From assembly GCA_041178085.1 (NCBI GenBank), contig JBEGVZ010000006.1, positions 19,115 through 83,114 of the forward strand: 64,000 nucleotides of DNA, in the 5' to 3' direction. This DNA comes from Pseudomonadota bacterium. GTDB lineage: Bacteria; Bdellovibrionota_B; Oligoflexia; Oligoflexales; RGVZ01. Positions 1 to 8,312 of this stretch are shown one piece after another; within the stretch, counting starts at the first letter, position 1, and the number at the start of each line of letters is the position of its first letter. The notes under the pieces were generated by a model. That model was not told where the DNA came from, searched no databases, and was given only the letters and a program-made list of their open reading frames with translations. A program made the position numbers and the translations under genes.

Positions 1-1165
1 CAAATAGTTCTTCCAGGTGGGCCGGGGCTGCATAGACAGGAGATTCCTTGAGTGCCGGGAAAAGCTGACGGAACAGAGGCGAAGTGATCACCGGGTTGAA
101 CAAGGGGAACATCTGGTCAATGTTCTGCCGGATCAAGACACCAAGGGATGATGACGGCGCCTTGATCGTGTCAAAACCACCCGCAAATCGTGGGAAGATG
201 TCACCCGCAAAGTCAGAGATGGCAATCGTCTGGTATCCTGCGTCCCGGGCGAGCGTAACGATACCCTCGAATTCATGCTCACGAGAGGGAAATCCAGGGA
301 ACATGTGACGAATCCCCGTTTCGGCAGAATAACGTCCCTGGATCATTTCAATCCACGAAGGGAAGGTCCGCGGAACACCCACATGATGGCGCAAAAAGGA
401 CACCGTGGATGGATCGTCCCGGAACGCTTGCATCGCAGGCAAAAATCCCTCGCGTTGCAGCCGGTCAAGCCTCAGGCTGTCAACGGTCAACCAGATAACG
501 TGCGGACGCCGGGCGGATCCCTCGAGGGAACTTGCAACCGGAGCGCGCCGGATTCGCCACGTAGTCGGAGCCACACCCTCAAGAAAAACCCCGGAAAGAA
601 AAACAGCGGCAGCAAGAAATCCCACTGCTGGACGCCAGGCATCCCGCGGCCATCTTGACCCATGACGGCGCCTGAAACGCAACGGAAGCAGCAGGGGCAA
701 GACAAGGACCACCATCGCCGCATAACGCAGGCTTGCCGGTGCCATCAAAAATCCCGCCTGAAAAATGAAGCGGGAAAAAACCTTCGGCATGACAGGCTCG
801 TGAAGGGCGGGGAATTCGATCGCCGTCGCGAGCAACAGCAATCCGTAAGAGGCCAACGCCGCCAGCACGTGCGGCAACCAGGAGCCGACTGATGCCTTGC
901 GCCGCCTCCCACCACCCGGCTGGACCTTCAACTGGAACTTTGCAAGAAATGCGCGGGAAGACTTTGCCCAGATACCATAGGCCAGAGCAACCACCAGCAC
1001 AGCGGCAAGGATCTTCAGAGTCTCAAATATTGCCGCCTCGGGGTAAAAGCGGATGATCCCCGCTGTCAGCGAGGAAACTTTTTTGCCGAACAAGCTTGGC
1101 TGCGAGTTAAGCGCACCCTGGATACCCAGCAAAATGACTGCAAGGATACAGACAAAATAGAACAT
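1..1165 (-). CDS. Membrane-anchored sulfatase-like/alkaline phosphatase superfamily hydrolase (partial, runs off left edge)
   Basis: Not in ORF track. Manual translation from ATG at 1165 is open to the window edge: hydrophobic N-terminal helices, then PHVIWLTVDSLRLDRL, PRTFPSWIEMIQGRY, GIRHMFP, AGYQTIAISDFAG, typical of the sulfatase-like domain. Confidence 0.8.
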   Translation of the reverse strand, partial: MFYFVCILAVILLGIQGALNSQPSLFGKKVSSLTAGIIRFYPEAAIFETLKILAAVLVVALAYGIWAKSSRAFLAKFQLKVQPGGGRRRKASVGSWLPHVLAALASYGLLLLATAIEFPALHEPVMPKVFSRFIFQAGFLMAPASLRYAAMVVLVLPLLLPLRFRRRHGSRWPRDAWRPAVGFLAAAVFLSGVFLEGVAPTTWRIRRAPVASSLEGSARRPHVIWLTVDSLRLDRLQREGFLPAMQAFRDDPSTVSFLRHHVGVPRTFPSWIEMIQGRYSAETGIRHMFPGFPSREHEFEGIVTLARDAGYQTIAISDFAGDIFPRFAGGFDTIKAPSSSLGVLIRQNIDQMFPLFNPVITSPLFRQLFPALKESPVYAAPAHLEELF

Positions 1166-1183
1166 CAATTTGGGACTTTACCC

Positions 1184-2128
1184 TCAGGTAAGGGCAGCGA
1201 CAAGTGCGCGAAAAGCCGCCGGAGAGATATCGTGGCCGAGCAGCTTGTGCTTCATGAAATCAAGCGCTTCGTACCGGGTCCGGCGTTTCTGGTAGGACCG
1301 GGCCGAGGTCAAAGCATCATAGATGTCCGCCACTGCCGCGATCTGTACCTCAGTCATGATGGCCCCCTGGTCAAGACCATGGGGATAGCCGCCTCCATTC
1401 ATGCGTTCATGATGGTGGAGCACTATTTCGAGCGTATCCACGGACAGTCCTGACGCCTCCAGCATGCCGTGCCCCTTTTCCGGGTGAGCCCGCATCTGGG
1501 CCCACTCGGCCTCGCTCAAGGCGCCCGGCTTGTTGATGACGGACAGGGGGATGTCCTTCTTGCCAACGTCGTGGAAGAGCCCGCCACTGGCAATGCGCAC
1601 CAGATGCCCTTCGTCGGTGACATCCATGCGAAGAGCCATTGCGGTCGAAAACACTGCGACGCGGGAGCTGTGCAGGTAGGTGTACTGGTCATGATCCACC
1701 AACCCGCCGATTTCCTTGATGACATCAGGCTTCTCCATCAGACATTCGATCATCCCGCGAGCGATCCGTTCGCCGTAGCGGACAGCGGCCTGGGTGACCT
1801 CGCCCGCATACAGGCACTTGGTAAAGCCGACGGCGATGTCCTCAATGGACTTGATCCTGATCCTTGGCTCCTGCTCCCGCTCAATCAGAGGCAATTTAGC
1901 CAGATCCTTGTACATCTGAACTTGCAGCGCCTGTTCCGGCCGGACCAGGAATTCGCTCATGCCTGCCGCCAGCAACCGCGTCGTCTCCTCGCGGGTCCAC
2001 AGGTAACCCGGCGTCGCATAAAGGACCTGTTCGCCCTTCATGTCCAGAAACAGGTCAAAATCCGTGACACTGCCGTCTTGGATTTGCCCGACAGGAAACC
2101 TCATCTTTTGTGCGGACGCATGGTTCAC
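1184..2128 (-). CDS. HD-GYP domain protein (cyclic dinucleotide phosphodiesterase family)
   Basis: YTYLHSSRV, FHDVGK, HHHERMNGGGYP, VADIYDALT motifs. Confidence 0.9.
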   Translation of the reverse strand: MNHASAQKMRFPVGQIQDGSVTDFDLFLDMKGEQVLYATPGYLWTREETTRLLAAGMSEFLVRPEQALQVQMYKDLAKLPLIEREQEPRIRIKSIEDIAVGFTKCLYAGEVTQAAVRYGERIARGMIECLMEKPDVIKEIGGLVDHDQYTYLHSSRVAVFSTAMALRMDVTDEGHLVRIASGGLFHDVGKKDIPLSVINKPGALSEAEWAQMRAHPEKGHGMLEASGLSVDTLEIVLHHHERMNGGGYPHGLDQGAIMTEVQIAAVADIYDALTSARSYQKRRTRYEALDFMKHKLLGHDISPAAFRALVAALT

Positions 2129-2159
2129 AACCGGTCTTTTCCTTTCTCAATCCAGCGTC

Positions 2160-3488
2160 TCAGGCGCGGGGAGGTGTCTGGTTGACCGTAAACGGAATCC
2201 GCTGCTGGTAGCTCGATTTGCAAACATCAGTCCGGCCCGCTTTCAAATCATCCGCTGAAACACAGCAACGCTCAACTACCAGTTCAAATGACCGGTTGCC
2301 GACGACGCTGTTGCGGGTGATCGCCGAAGGGATCGACAGGGTGTTGTCCCCACCATCCAGCGCCCGGAGGGCCTCTGCCCCATTCGCCGGCTGCCAGCCA
2401 CTGACACGGTCTGACCCCTCGAAAATCGAGGCCGAACGAGCCAGGCAGCTGCCAAGGATGTTGCGCGTAACCGGATTGTTCTGGAGCATCGGAACAAGGG
2501 TTGTCACAAGGTTATTCTGTGTGAGCGGCCACGCGACGTTGCCAGCGGCGTCACGCAAGGCGCCACCACGGGAGTTCGGGTCAACGGCTGGCAGGATGTT
2601 GGAGACAATATCCTCCATCTGGCGGATCGCGACATATCCGTTGCGGTCCTCCTGGGACTGGCAATTGAGGAAGGCGCCGTAATTCTCTTCATTGAATGCG
2701 ACGCGAGCCGGATCCGGAACGGTATAGAAAAACTTGAAGTCATCCATCCGCGGCAGGGTCGCCGCATAGGAATTGATGTCGTTGACGAGCGCGAGAATCG
2801 AACAATCGCGCGCCGGTTTCCCGCCTCCGGTCTGGGATCCGTTATGACCGACCACATCCGTAACCAGGACGATGGCTTTGAAAGAACCTTGTCGGGAGGA
2901 GCTTTTGAGAAGTTCCACTGCCCTGCGCGCCCCGTGCAGAGCGGCCTCCGGGTAATCATCATTTCCGGTCGGGGTGATGCTGGAAACGAAAGTCTGGAAA
3001 CCGAGGTAGTTGTTCGAGGTCCGGAACACGCGGGCTTCCGTCGCCGTGAAACTGTCAACGAAACCCACCAGCCCGACATTCAGGTCAAGGCCCGAGCGGC
3101 GCAGCTCGGAGACCAGGCCAGTGATGCCATTTTTCACGGCGCGCATCTCATCGGTCATGCTGGCGGTGGTATCGAGGACGAAATAAAGATCCACCGCTTG
3201 ACGTACGGTAGAAGTATCCTGTCCGACAATGCGCCGGTCCCCCGCCTGAAAAACCACCTTGAGGTCATCAATGGTGGCCATCTGTACCTGGCCACCATCC
3301 ACCTGCTCCTCCATACCCATCGCCACGAGGGTTTGCTCCTTGGGAACCGGCTGCGGAGCTGGCTTGATCAGGCGGCTGTTACCCTTGAAACCGGACGTGT
3401 TACATCCAGCGAGCATCGCCATCAAGATCAACGGGCTGACACGCGTGAAACGTGCTGCACCCTGTCCGCCGATAAGTCGACCGTTCAT
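2160..3488 (-). CDS. vWA domain-containing putative lipoprotein
   Basis: MIDAS-like DLYFVLDTTASM, GNDDYPEA, IVLVTD; lipobox LAGC; start taken at ATG 3488 with GGAGGG upstream. Confidence 0.8.
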   Translation of the reverse strand: MNGRLIGGQGAARFTRVSPLILMAMLAGCNTSGFKGNSRLIKPAPQPVPKEQTLVAMGMEEQVDGGQVQMATIDDLKVVFQAGDRRIVGQDTSTVRQAVDLYFVLDTTASMTDEMRAVKNGITGLVSELRRSGLDLNVGLVGFVDSFTATEARVFRTSNNYLGFQTFVSSITPTGNDDYPEAALHGARRAVELLKSSSRQGSFKAIVLVTDVVGHNGSQTGGGKPARDCSILALVNDINSYAATLPRMDDFKFFYTVPDPARVAFNEENYGAFLNCQSQEDRNGYVAIRQMEDIVSNILPAVDPNSRGGALRDAAGNVAWPLTQNNLVTTLVPMLQNNPVTRNILGSCLARSASIFEGSDRVSGWQPANGAEALRALDGGDNTLSIPSAITRNSVVGNRSFELVVERCCVSADDLKAGRTDVCKSSYQQRIPFTVNQTPPRA

Positions 3489-3523
3489 GACTTCACCCTC
3501 CGTGATTCCGTCAAAATTCAGCC

Positions 3524-3970
3524 TCAGGGCTGACGCTGGACATAGCCCCCGTCCACAAACAAGGTGACTGGCATATTTTTTGAGCGGGACTGCAACGATG
3601 CCACCCACGGCTCCGTCTTCATCCCCTCAATCTTCGTCGTGCCGTAAAAAGTCCGCCCGAACCTTGGCAGCTGCGCCTCTGGCTCAAATGCACTGCCAGG
3701 GGGCACCGTCCCGGCAAAAAGAAAATCCCTGTCGGCCATGTACCACACCGGAATTTCCTGCACTTTCTTGTCACTGAATGCGTAGGTGTCACTGATGACA
3801 AATTTTTCCTGGTCGATTTTGCGTGGCACGCCCATCACAGGATGCACCGACGACTCAGGAATTTTTTTCAGCCGCGGCGGAGCCGGGAAAGTAGACTTGG
3901 CCCATGCGCTGCCGTGGAGAAGCACCCACAGCGACGCCGCGACCAACACAACCTTGGAATTCTTGCGCAT
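3524..3970 (-). CDS. Secreted hypothetical protein
   Basis: 148 aa, signal peptide MRKNSKVVLVAASLWVLLHGSAWA, co-oriented with neighbours. Confidence 0.7.
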   Translation of the reverse strand: MRKNSKVVLVAASLWVLLHGSAWAKSTFPAPPRLKKIPESSVHPVMGVPRKIDQEKFVISDTYAFSDKKVQEIPVWYMADRDFLFAGTVPPGSAFEPEAQLPRFGRTFYGTTKIEGMKTEPWVASLQSRSKNMPVTLFVDGGYVQRQP

Positions 3971-4092
3971 GAAACCCCCAAATCCTCAATGTCCCTTGAG
4001 TTATCGGGAGTTATACCTTGCCCTTGACCGGCCAGACGCACCTGCTGCCACAGGCGAACATGCCATGTCATGGAAAACAGGGGCTAAAATGC

Positions 4093-5832
4093 CTATTTTT
4101 TGGAATGGCCTTGGCGCTCGAATTCCCAGCGCATGGCCCTCGGCATGTAGCGGGCCGATTCGTTCGTGGTGATCATGCGCAGGTTCATGCCCCGCGGTAA
4201 AACTGTCCCGTAGAACTGGGCCGACTGGGAAGTGAAGACCGCGCGACCGGTGAAGTAATCGTAAATCACTGCCGGGATTTCCTGCATTGTCTGCAGTCCA
4301 TATCCTTGTCCATCCGGTCCGATCACTTCTGACTTTAAGATCCCATTGGTCGGCTGCTGGCGGATCGGATTGAAAGAGCGGGAATCTGCACTATCCGTCG
4401 CCGCACTAAGGGTGAGCGTACGGATCATCTTTATATCGTTCTGTGGATTAGCCACGAAAACTCCAGACACAGATGGAACAAATTCCGCGGCGGGAATTCC
4501 GTCAAAAGAGATCGCCGGATCGAATTCCACCATCCCGACCAGACCAAAGAGGCGCGAATACCACTGCCCGGAAAAATGGAGACCTTTCCTTTCAAGAACA
4601 AGGACCGCGTCACCCATATGCCCGGAGCCCAGGCGGATCACTTGGTCATCAAGGTTGAAAACAAACGGATCAATCACATGGGTCAGGTCATGGTTGCTGG
4701 GGGTCGGCGATGTGTCGAAGCCCTGAACGAGAAATCCACTTACCTTGCATTGTCCAGGCCCCGCTTGAGTCACGACGAGGTCCATCCCGACGCGCTGATA
4801 CAGTCCCGTCCATGCGTGATGCAACAAGCCCGGTATCCTGCGCTTCAAGTCCGCGCAGGCATTGCCGCTTGAATCGTTCCCGGACGACCGGGTCATCCGG
4901 GCCGCCTGGATCGCCGGAGGCAAATCTTTTGTCGAAGCGGGGTCGTACCCGGTCGTGTCAGAAACCAGAGGTTCACGTTCACGCAACCGGAACAACTCAC
5001 AGCGCCTGAACCGCACAGTCTCGCAGATCAGACTGTCTGCAGCGGGATCATACTCACACGGCCACCTCCAGGCCGGCGTCATGAACAACATCAACTTGCC
5101 GGTGTAATGGTCATAATGACCAGAATTGAATCCACCACATGCCAGGTCCTGATCGCTCAAGCTGAGTCCATCAATATCGCGGCAGATGGTCCCGCCCTGA
5201 TAGGCATTCGCTTCGACGGAAACATCCGTCGCCGGCATCGTGACCATGTCCTCGAGTTGGGACCTGGTTGAGTAGATTTCGAGCCCCGTGAGCATGTCGC
5301 CCCGGCGACCGGTCACGCAATCCCCCAGGTAAAAACCTTCGAATGATGGTGTAACCGTCAGGCCGTGCAGCAAACCCTCGGGGACTCGCCATCCCCTTGC
5401 CAGGCGGAGGACACCGACTCGGGATCGGATCCCGGAATTAAAGACACCCTCCAGAGTTTCACCAGCAGGCTTGCCCAGTTCAACGACCGGATGACGCAGC
5501 GGCATGCCGGCACCAGTCATGCGCGATGAGGTCAGTAAAAACTCGGTGTCGCCGTGAGCTTCCACCTTGTCAAACACCACGGGGACATATTCACGAGAGT
5601 CGAAACTGCCGTGGTGCAAAACCAGATGAGCCTCAAAGGGATTGTCGCCAGCGCCAGGAAGCAGGAAAAGGCGCGCGAGTGTCGCGCGCGGACTGTCTTG
5701 ATAAAGAAGTGCGCCCGTATAAACGACCGGCTGGGCGTCTTGGAAATCGGGGAATGCAAGGGCGGGTCGGGGTAACGAAAACAGGACCCCGAAGAGAATC
5801 AACCAAAGACTTTTGCCCTGGCGATCAGCCAA
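4093..5832 (-). CDS. Secreted hypothetical protein with apparent internal duplication
   Basis: 579 aa ORF, signal peptide ending ALA, TTG start overlapping the nifU stop; beta-rich. Confidence 0.75.
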   Translation of the reverse strand: MADRQGKSLWLILFGVLFSLPRPALAFPDFQDAQPVVYTGALLYQDSPRATLARLFLLPGAGDNPFEAHLVLHHGSFDSREYVPVVFDKVEAHGDTEFLLTSSRMTGAGMPLRHPVVELGKPAGETLEGVFNSGIRSRVGVLRLARGWRVPEGLLHGLTVTPSFEGFYLGDCVTGRRGDMLTGLEIYSTRSQLEDMVTMPATDVSVEANAYQGGTICRDIDGLSLSDQDLACGGFNSGHYDHYTGKLMLFMTPAWRWPCEYDPAADSLICETVRFRRCELFRLREREPLVSDTTGYDPASTKDLPPAIQAARMTRSSGNDSSGNACADLKRRIPGLLHHAWTGLYQRVGMDLVVTQAGPGQCKVSGFLVQGFDTSPTPSNHDLTHVIDPFVFNLDDQVIRLGSGHMGDAVLVLERKGLHFSGQWYSRLFGLVGMVEFDPAISFDGIPAAEFVPSVSGVFVANPQNDIKMIRTLTLSAATDSADSRSFNPIRQQPTNGILKSEVIGPDGQGYGLQTMQEIPAVIYDYFTGRAVFTSQSAQFYGTVLPRGMNLRMITTNESARYMPRAMRWEFERQGHSKK

Positions 5833-6046
5833 GAACTACGTCCTGAATGTCCGGCAGTTTTTCTTTGAGTATCGGAACGATTCCATTGAACAGGGTAATG
5901 TGGCTTGAAGGGCAACCAGAGCAGCCGCCATACAAGCGGATGGTGACAATCCCGTCCTCGACATCCACCAGCTCACAGCCACCAGAGTGAAGCTCAAGCT
6001 GGGGGTTGATTTCTTTTTCAATGATCTCTTTAATTTGATCTATCAT
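5825..6046 (-). CDS. NifU C-terminal domain (Nfu-type) Fe-S carrier protein
   Basis: INPQLELHSGGCEL...RLYGGCSGCPSS CxxC motif, 73 aa. Confidence 0.9.
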   Translation of the reverse strand: MIDQIKEIIEKEINPQLELHSGGCELVDVEDGIVTIRLYGGCSGCPSSHITLFNGIVPILKEKLPDIQDVVLG

Positions 6047-6077
6047 TCTAAAACCTTATTTAAATACCAAGGGCTTT

Positions 6078-7010
6078 TTAAACCCGATCCAACCAGTTGG
6101 CAAGTCCCGATATGGCAGCCCGGCCCATCGCCAAAACGGCTTCTCTGGAATTGCCGGCAATGTGAGGGGTGACCAATACCTGGGGATGACTGATTAACGC
6201 TTTATTTCCCGTAGGTTCCTGCGCAAAGACATCAAGTCCGGCCCAGCCCGGCTGACCAGATTCAAGAGCCTGCAAAAGATCCCCTTCCAGGACAATCTCT
6301 CCGCGACTCGTATTGACCAGCATGCTTCCCCGGCGCATGCGCGCAAAGGTGGAAGCCGAGAAAAGTCCCCTTGTCACATCCGTCAAAGGGACATGAAGCG
6401 TAACGATATCGGCCCAGGAAAGAGCATCGGCCAATTCCAACTGACGGGCACCGATGCCATTCAAAAACTCTGACTTGTCGACCAGGTCCACGCCGGCAAC
6501 ATCACCGTCAAACGCGCGCAGCATCCTGGCTACCTTCGTGCCAACATTGCCCACCCCGATCACCGCTATCCGCTTGCCCGACAATGATTGGCCACCGTCT
6601 TTGTGCCAGACACCCTCGCGCAACTTCCGGTCACAAAAAGAGATGTTGTGCAGAAGATTGATGATCATCCCGATGGTGTGCTCGGCGACTGCAAAGGCAT
6701 TGCTCCCGGGCGACTGGATCACAGCGACACCGTGCCGTGCGGCCGCGGCAAAGTCGATGTTGTCGACACCAACTCCATATTTCACAACAGCCTTGAGCTC
6801 AGGTAATGCGGCGAGGACCTGTGCCGTCACGGGTTCCCTGCCTAAAATGACGACGTTCGCCGGGCGAAGAGCATCCTGCACCTGCGCTGGCAGGCTGGAT
6901 GGAGAAAGCGGTTGAAAATAGATTTCATGACGCGCGAAGGCGGTCTTTGCTTCGTCCACCAAAGTGCTGTTTGCACAAAAACTGGCGGCAGTGACAACAA
7001 TGCGGGCCAT
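6078..7010 (-). CDS. D-isomer-specific 2-hydroxyacid dehydrogenase (phosphoglycerate dehydrogenase-like, no ACT domain)
   Basis: GVGVDNID, GVGNVG, LHVPLT, NTSRG, LDVF, TPHIAG. Confidence 0.9.
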   Translation of the reverse strand: MARIVVTAASFCANSTLVDEAKTAFARHEIYFQPLSPSSLPAQVQDALRPANVVILGREPVTAQVLAALPELKAVVKYGVGVDNIDFAAAARHGVAVIQSPGSNAFAVAEHTIGMIINLLHNISFCDRKLREGVWHKDGGQSLSGKRIAVIGVGNVGTKVARMLRAFDGDVAGVDLVDKSEFLNGIGARQLELADALSWADIVTLHVPLTDVTRGLFSASTFARMRRGSMLVNTSRGEIVLEGDLLQALESGQPGWAGLDVFAQEPTGNKALISHPQVLVTPHIAGNSREAVLAMGRAAISGLANWLDRV

Positions 7011-7022
7011 TGGCAGCCGCCT

Positions 7023-7169
7023 TCACCCACCCTGACGGGCAAGGGAGAAAAGCAGCAGAACAAACAGAAACCCGACCGAAAACACGATGTAGAGCCAGAA
7101 GCGGTCGTGGTTGCGAGCATTGTCCTCTGGGCCGAAAACGAACCTCGATACCAACTTGTCCAGCATCAT
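7023..7169 (-). CDS. Small single-TM membrane protein (48 aa)
   Basis: ATG overlaps the cyoE stop (TGATG); MMLDKLVSRFVFGPEDNARNHDRFWLYIVFSVGFLFVLLLFSLARQGG fills the gap to the next gene. Confidence 0.6.
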   Translation of the reverse strand: MMLDKLVSRFVFGPEDNARNHDRFWLYIVFSVGFLFVLLLFSLARQGG

Positions 7170-8050
7170 CACACCAGTCCAGACAGGGCAAGCAGGCGAT
7201 CTGCCGCAAGGAAACCAAAGACACCAAAAAGATAGAAACACGAATAGTGGAAAAGTGGCATCGCAAGCCGGTTTTCACCGGTCAGCCAAAGGCGCCACGC
7301 GTACCAGACAAATGCCACGGTCAAGAGCAGCGATGGAATAAAGTAAACGAGCCCCGCCGCGTTGTACCAGTAGAGCGCACACACCGCTGGAACCAGCGTC
7401 AGGGTATAAAGAAACATCTGCCAGCGGGTCTCTGCGTCACCGCGCACGACCGGCATCATCGGAATGTGAGCCGCCGCGTAATCCGCCTTGTACTTGATGG
7501 CAAGGGCCCAGAAATGGGGCGGCGTCCAAAGGAAGATGATCCCGAACAATACCCATGCGGGCCACGCTGCAGAAAGGCCAATCTCATTCGTTGTTGCTGC
7601 CCAGCCGATCAACGGACCAACCGCACCGGCGGCACCGCCGATCACGATGTTCTGCACCGTGCGACGCTTGAGGAACGCCGTATAAACCAGGACGTAAAAG
7701 GCATTTGCAGCCACAGCAACCCATGCGCTCACGGGACTGGCAACAAACCGCAGGAGGAGCCAGCTGCCAATTGCGAGCAGGGCCGCGAACAAGAAAGCGT
7801 GACGGTTCGAGACACGGCCACTGGGCAGTGGACGCCCCCGGGTCCGACCCATGTGAAGGTCAACGTCCGAGTCCAAAAGGTGATTGAAAACCGAGGCTGA
7901 AGCGGAAGCCAGCCAAGTGCCGATCAAAGTCGCCGCGCACGTCACAACTCCCGGCACACCCGCTGGCATCAGCATGGCTGGCACGGCCGTGACCACCACC
8001 AAAAGGGAGATCGTCGGCTTGGTCAGTTGGAAATAGTCGCGCGCGTACAA
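7169..8050 (-). CDS. cyoE: Protoheme IX farnesyltransferase (heme o synthase)
   Basis: LTKP, DSDVDLHMGRTRGRPLPSG, YTAFLKRRT, WTPPHFWALA, DYAAAHIPMMP. Confidence 0.95.
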   Translation of the reverse strand: MYARDYFQLTKPTISLLVVVTAVPAMLMPAGVPGVVTCAATLIGTWLASASASVFNHLLDSDVDLHMGRTRGRPLPSGRVSNRHAFLFAALLAIGSWLLLRFVASPVSAWVAVAANAFYVLVYTAFLKRRTVQNIVIGGAAGAVGPLIGWAATTNEIGLSAAWPAWVLFGIIFLWTPPHFWALAIKYKADYAAAHIPMMPVVRGDAETRWQMFLYTLTLVPAVCALYWYNAAGLVYFIPSLLLTVAFVWYAWRLWLTGENRLAMPLFHYSCFYLFGVFGFLAADRLLALSGLV

Positions 8051-8140
8051 GATGGACCCCAGGAGCCTGATTTCTCAAGCTCCTCTTCTTGCCGGAACCG
8101 GGCCGCTAGTCAAGCTGCGATTGGCCTGGCCAGGAGCGCC

Positions 8141-8299
8141 TTACCAGCGCGGCGTCCAGCCGACCCAAATCGGGAAAAACACACACAGGAAGAACAATGC
8201 CGGGAACAGGAATAAAATGGCGATCATGCTAAGCCAGCCGCCCGCTTCCAGCTTCACATCTTGTTGGGAGGGGGTGTGTGCGACGTGCTTTGAACTCAT
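8141..8299 (-). CDS. Small single-TM membrane protein (52 aa)
   Basis: Below track cutoff; manual translation MSSKHVAHTPSQQDVKLEAGGWLSMIAILFLFPALFFLCVFFPIWVGWTPRW*, GAGG RBS upstream, fills the slt-cyoE gap. Confidence 0.65.
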   Translation of the reverse strand: MSSKHVAHTPSQQDVKLEAGGWLSMIAILFLFPALFFLCVFFPIWVGWTPRW

Positions 8300-8312
8300 G
8301 GGTAAACCTCAC

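Noticed and set aside
7010..7900. 296-aa plus-strand ORF
   Set aside because: Antisense to cyoE; Arg/Gln-rich, no motifs
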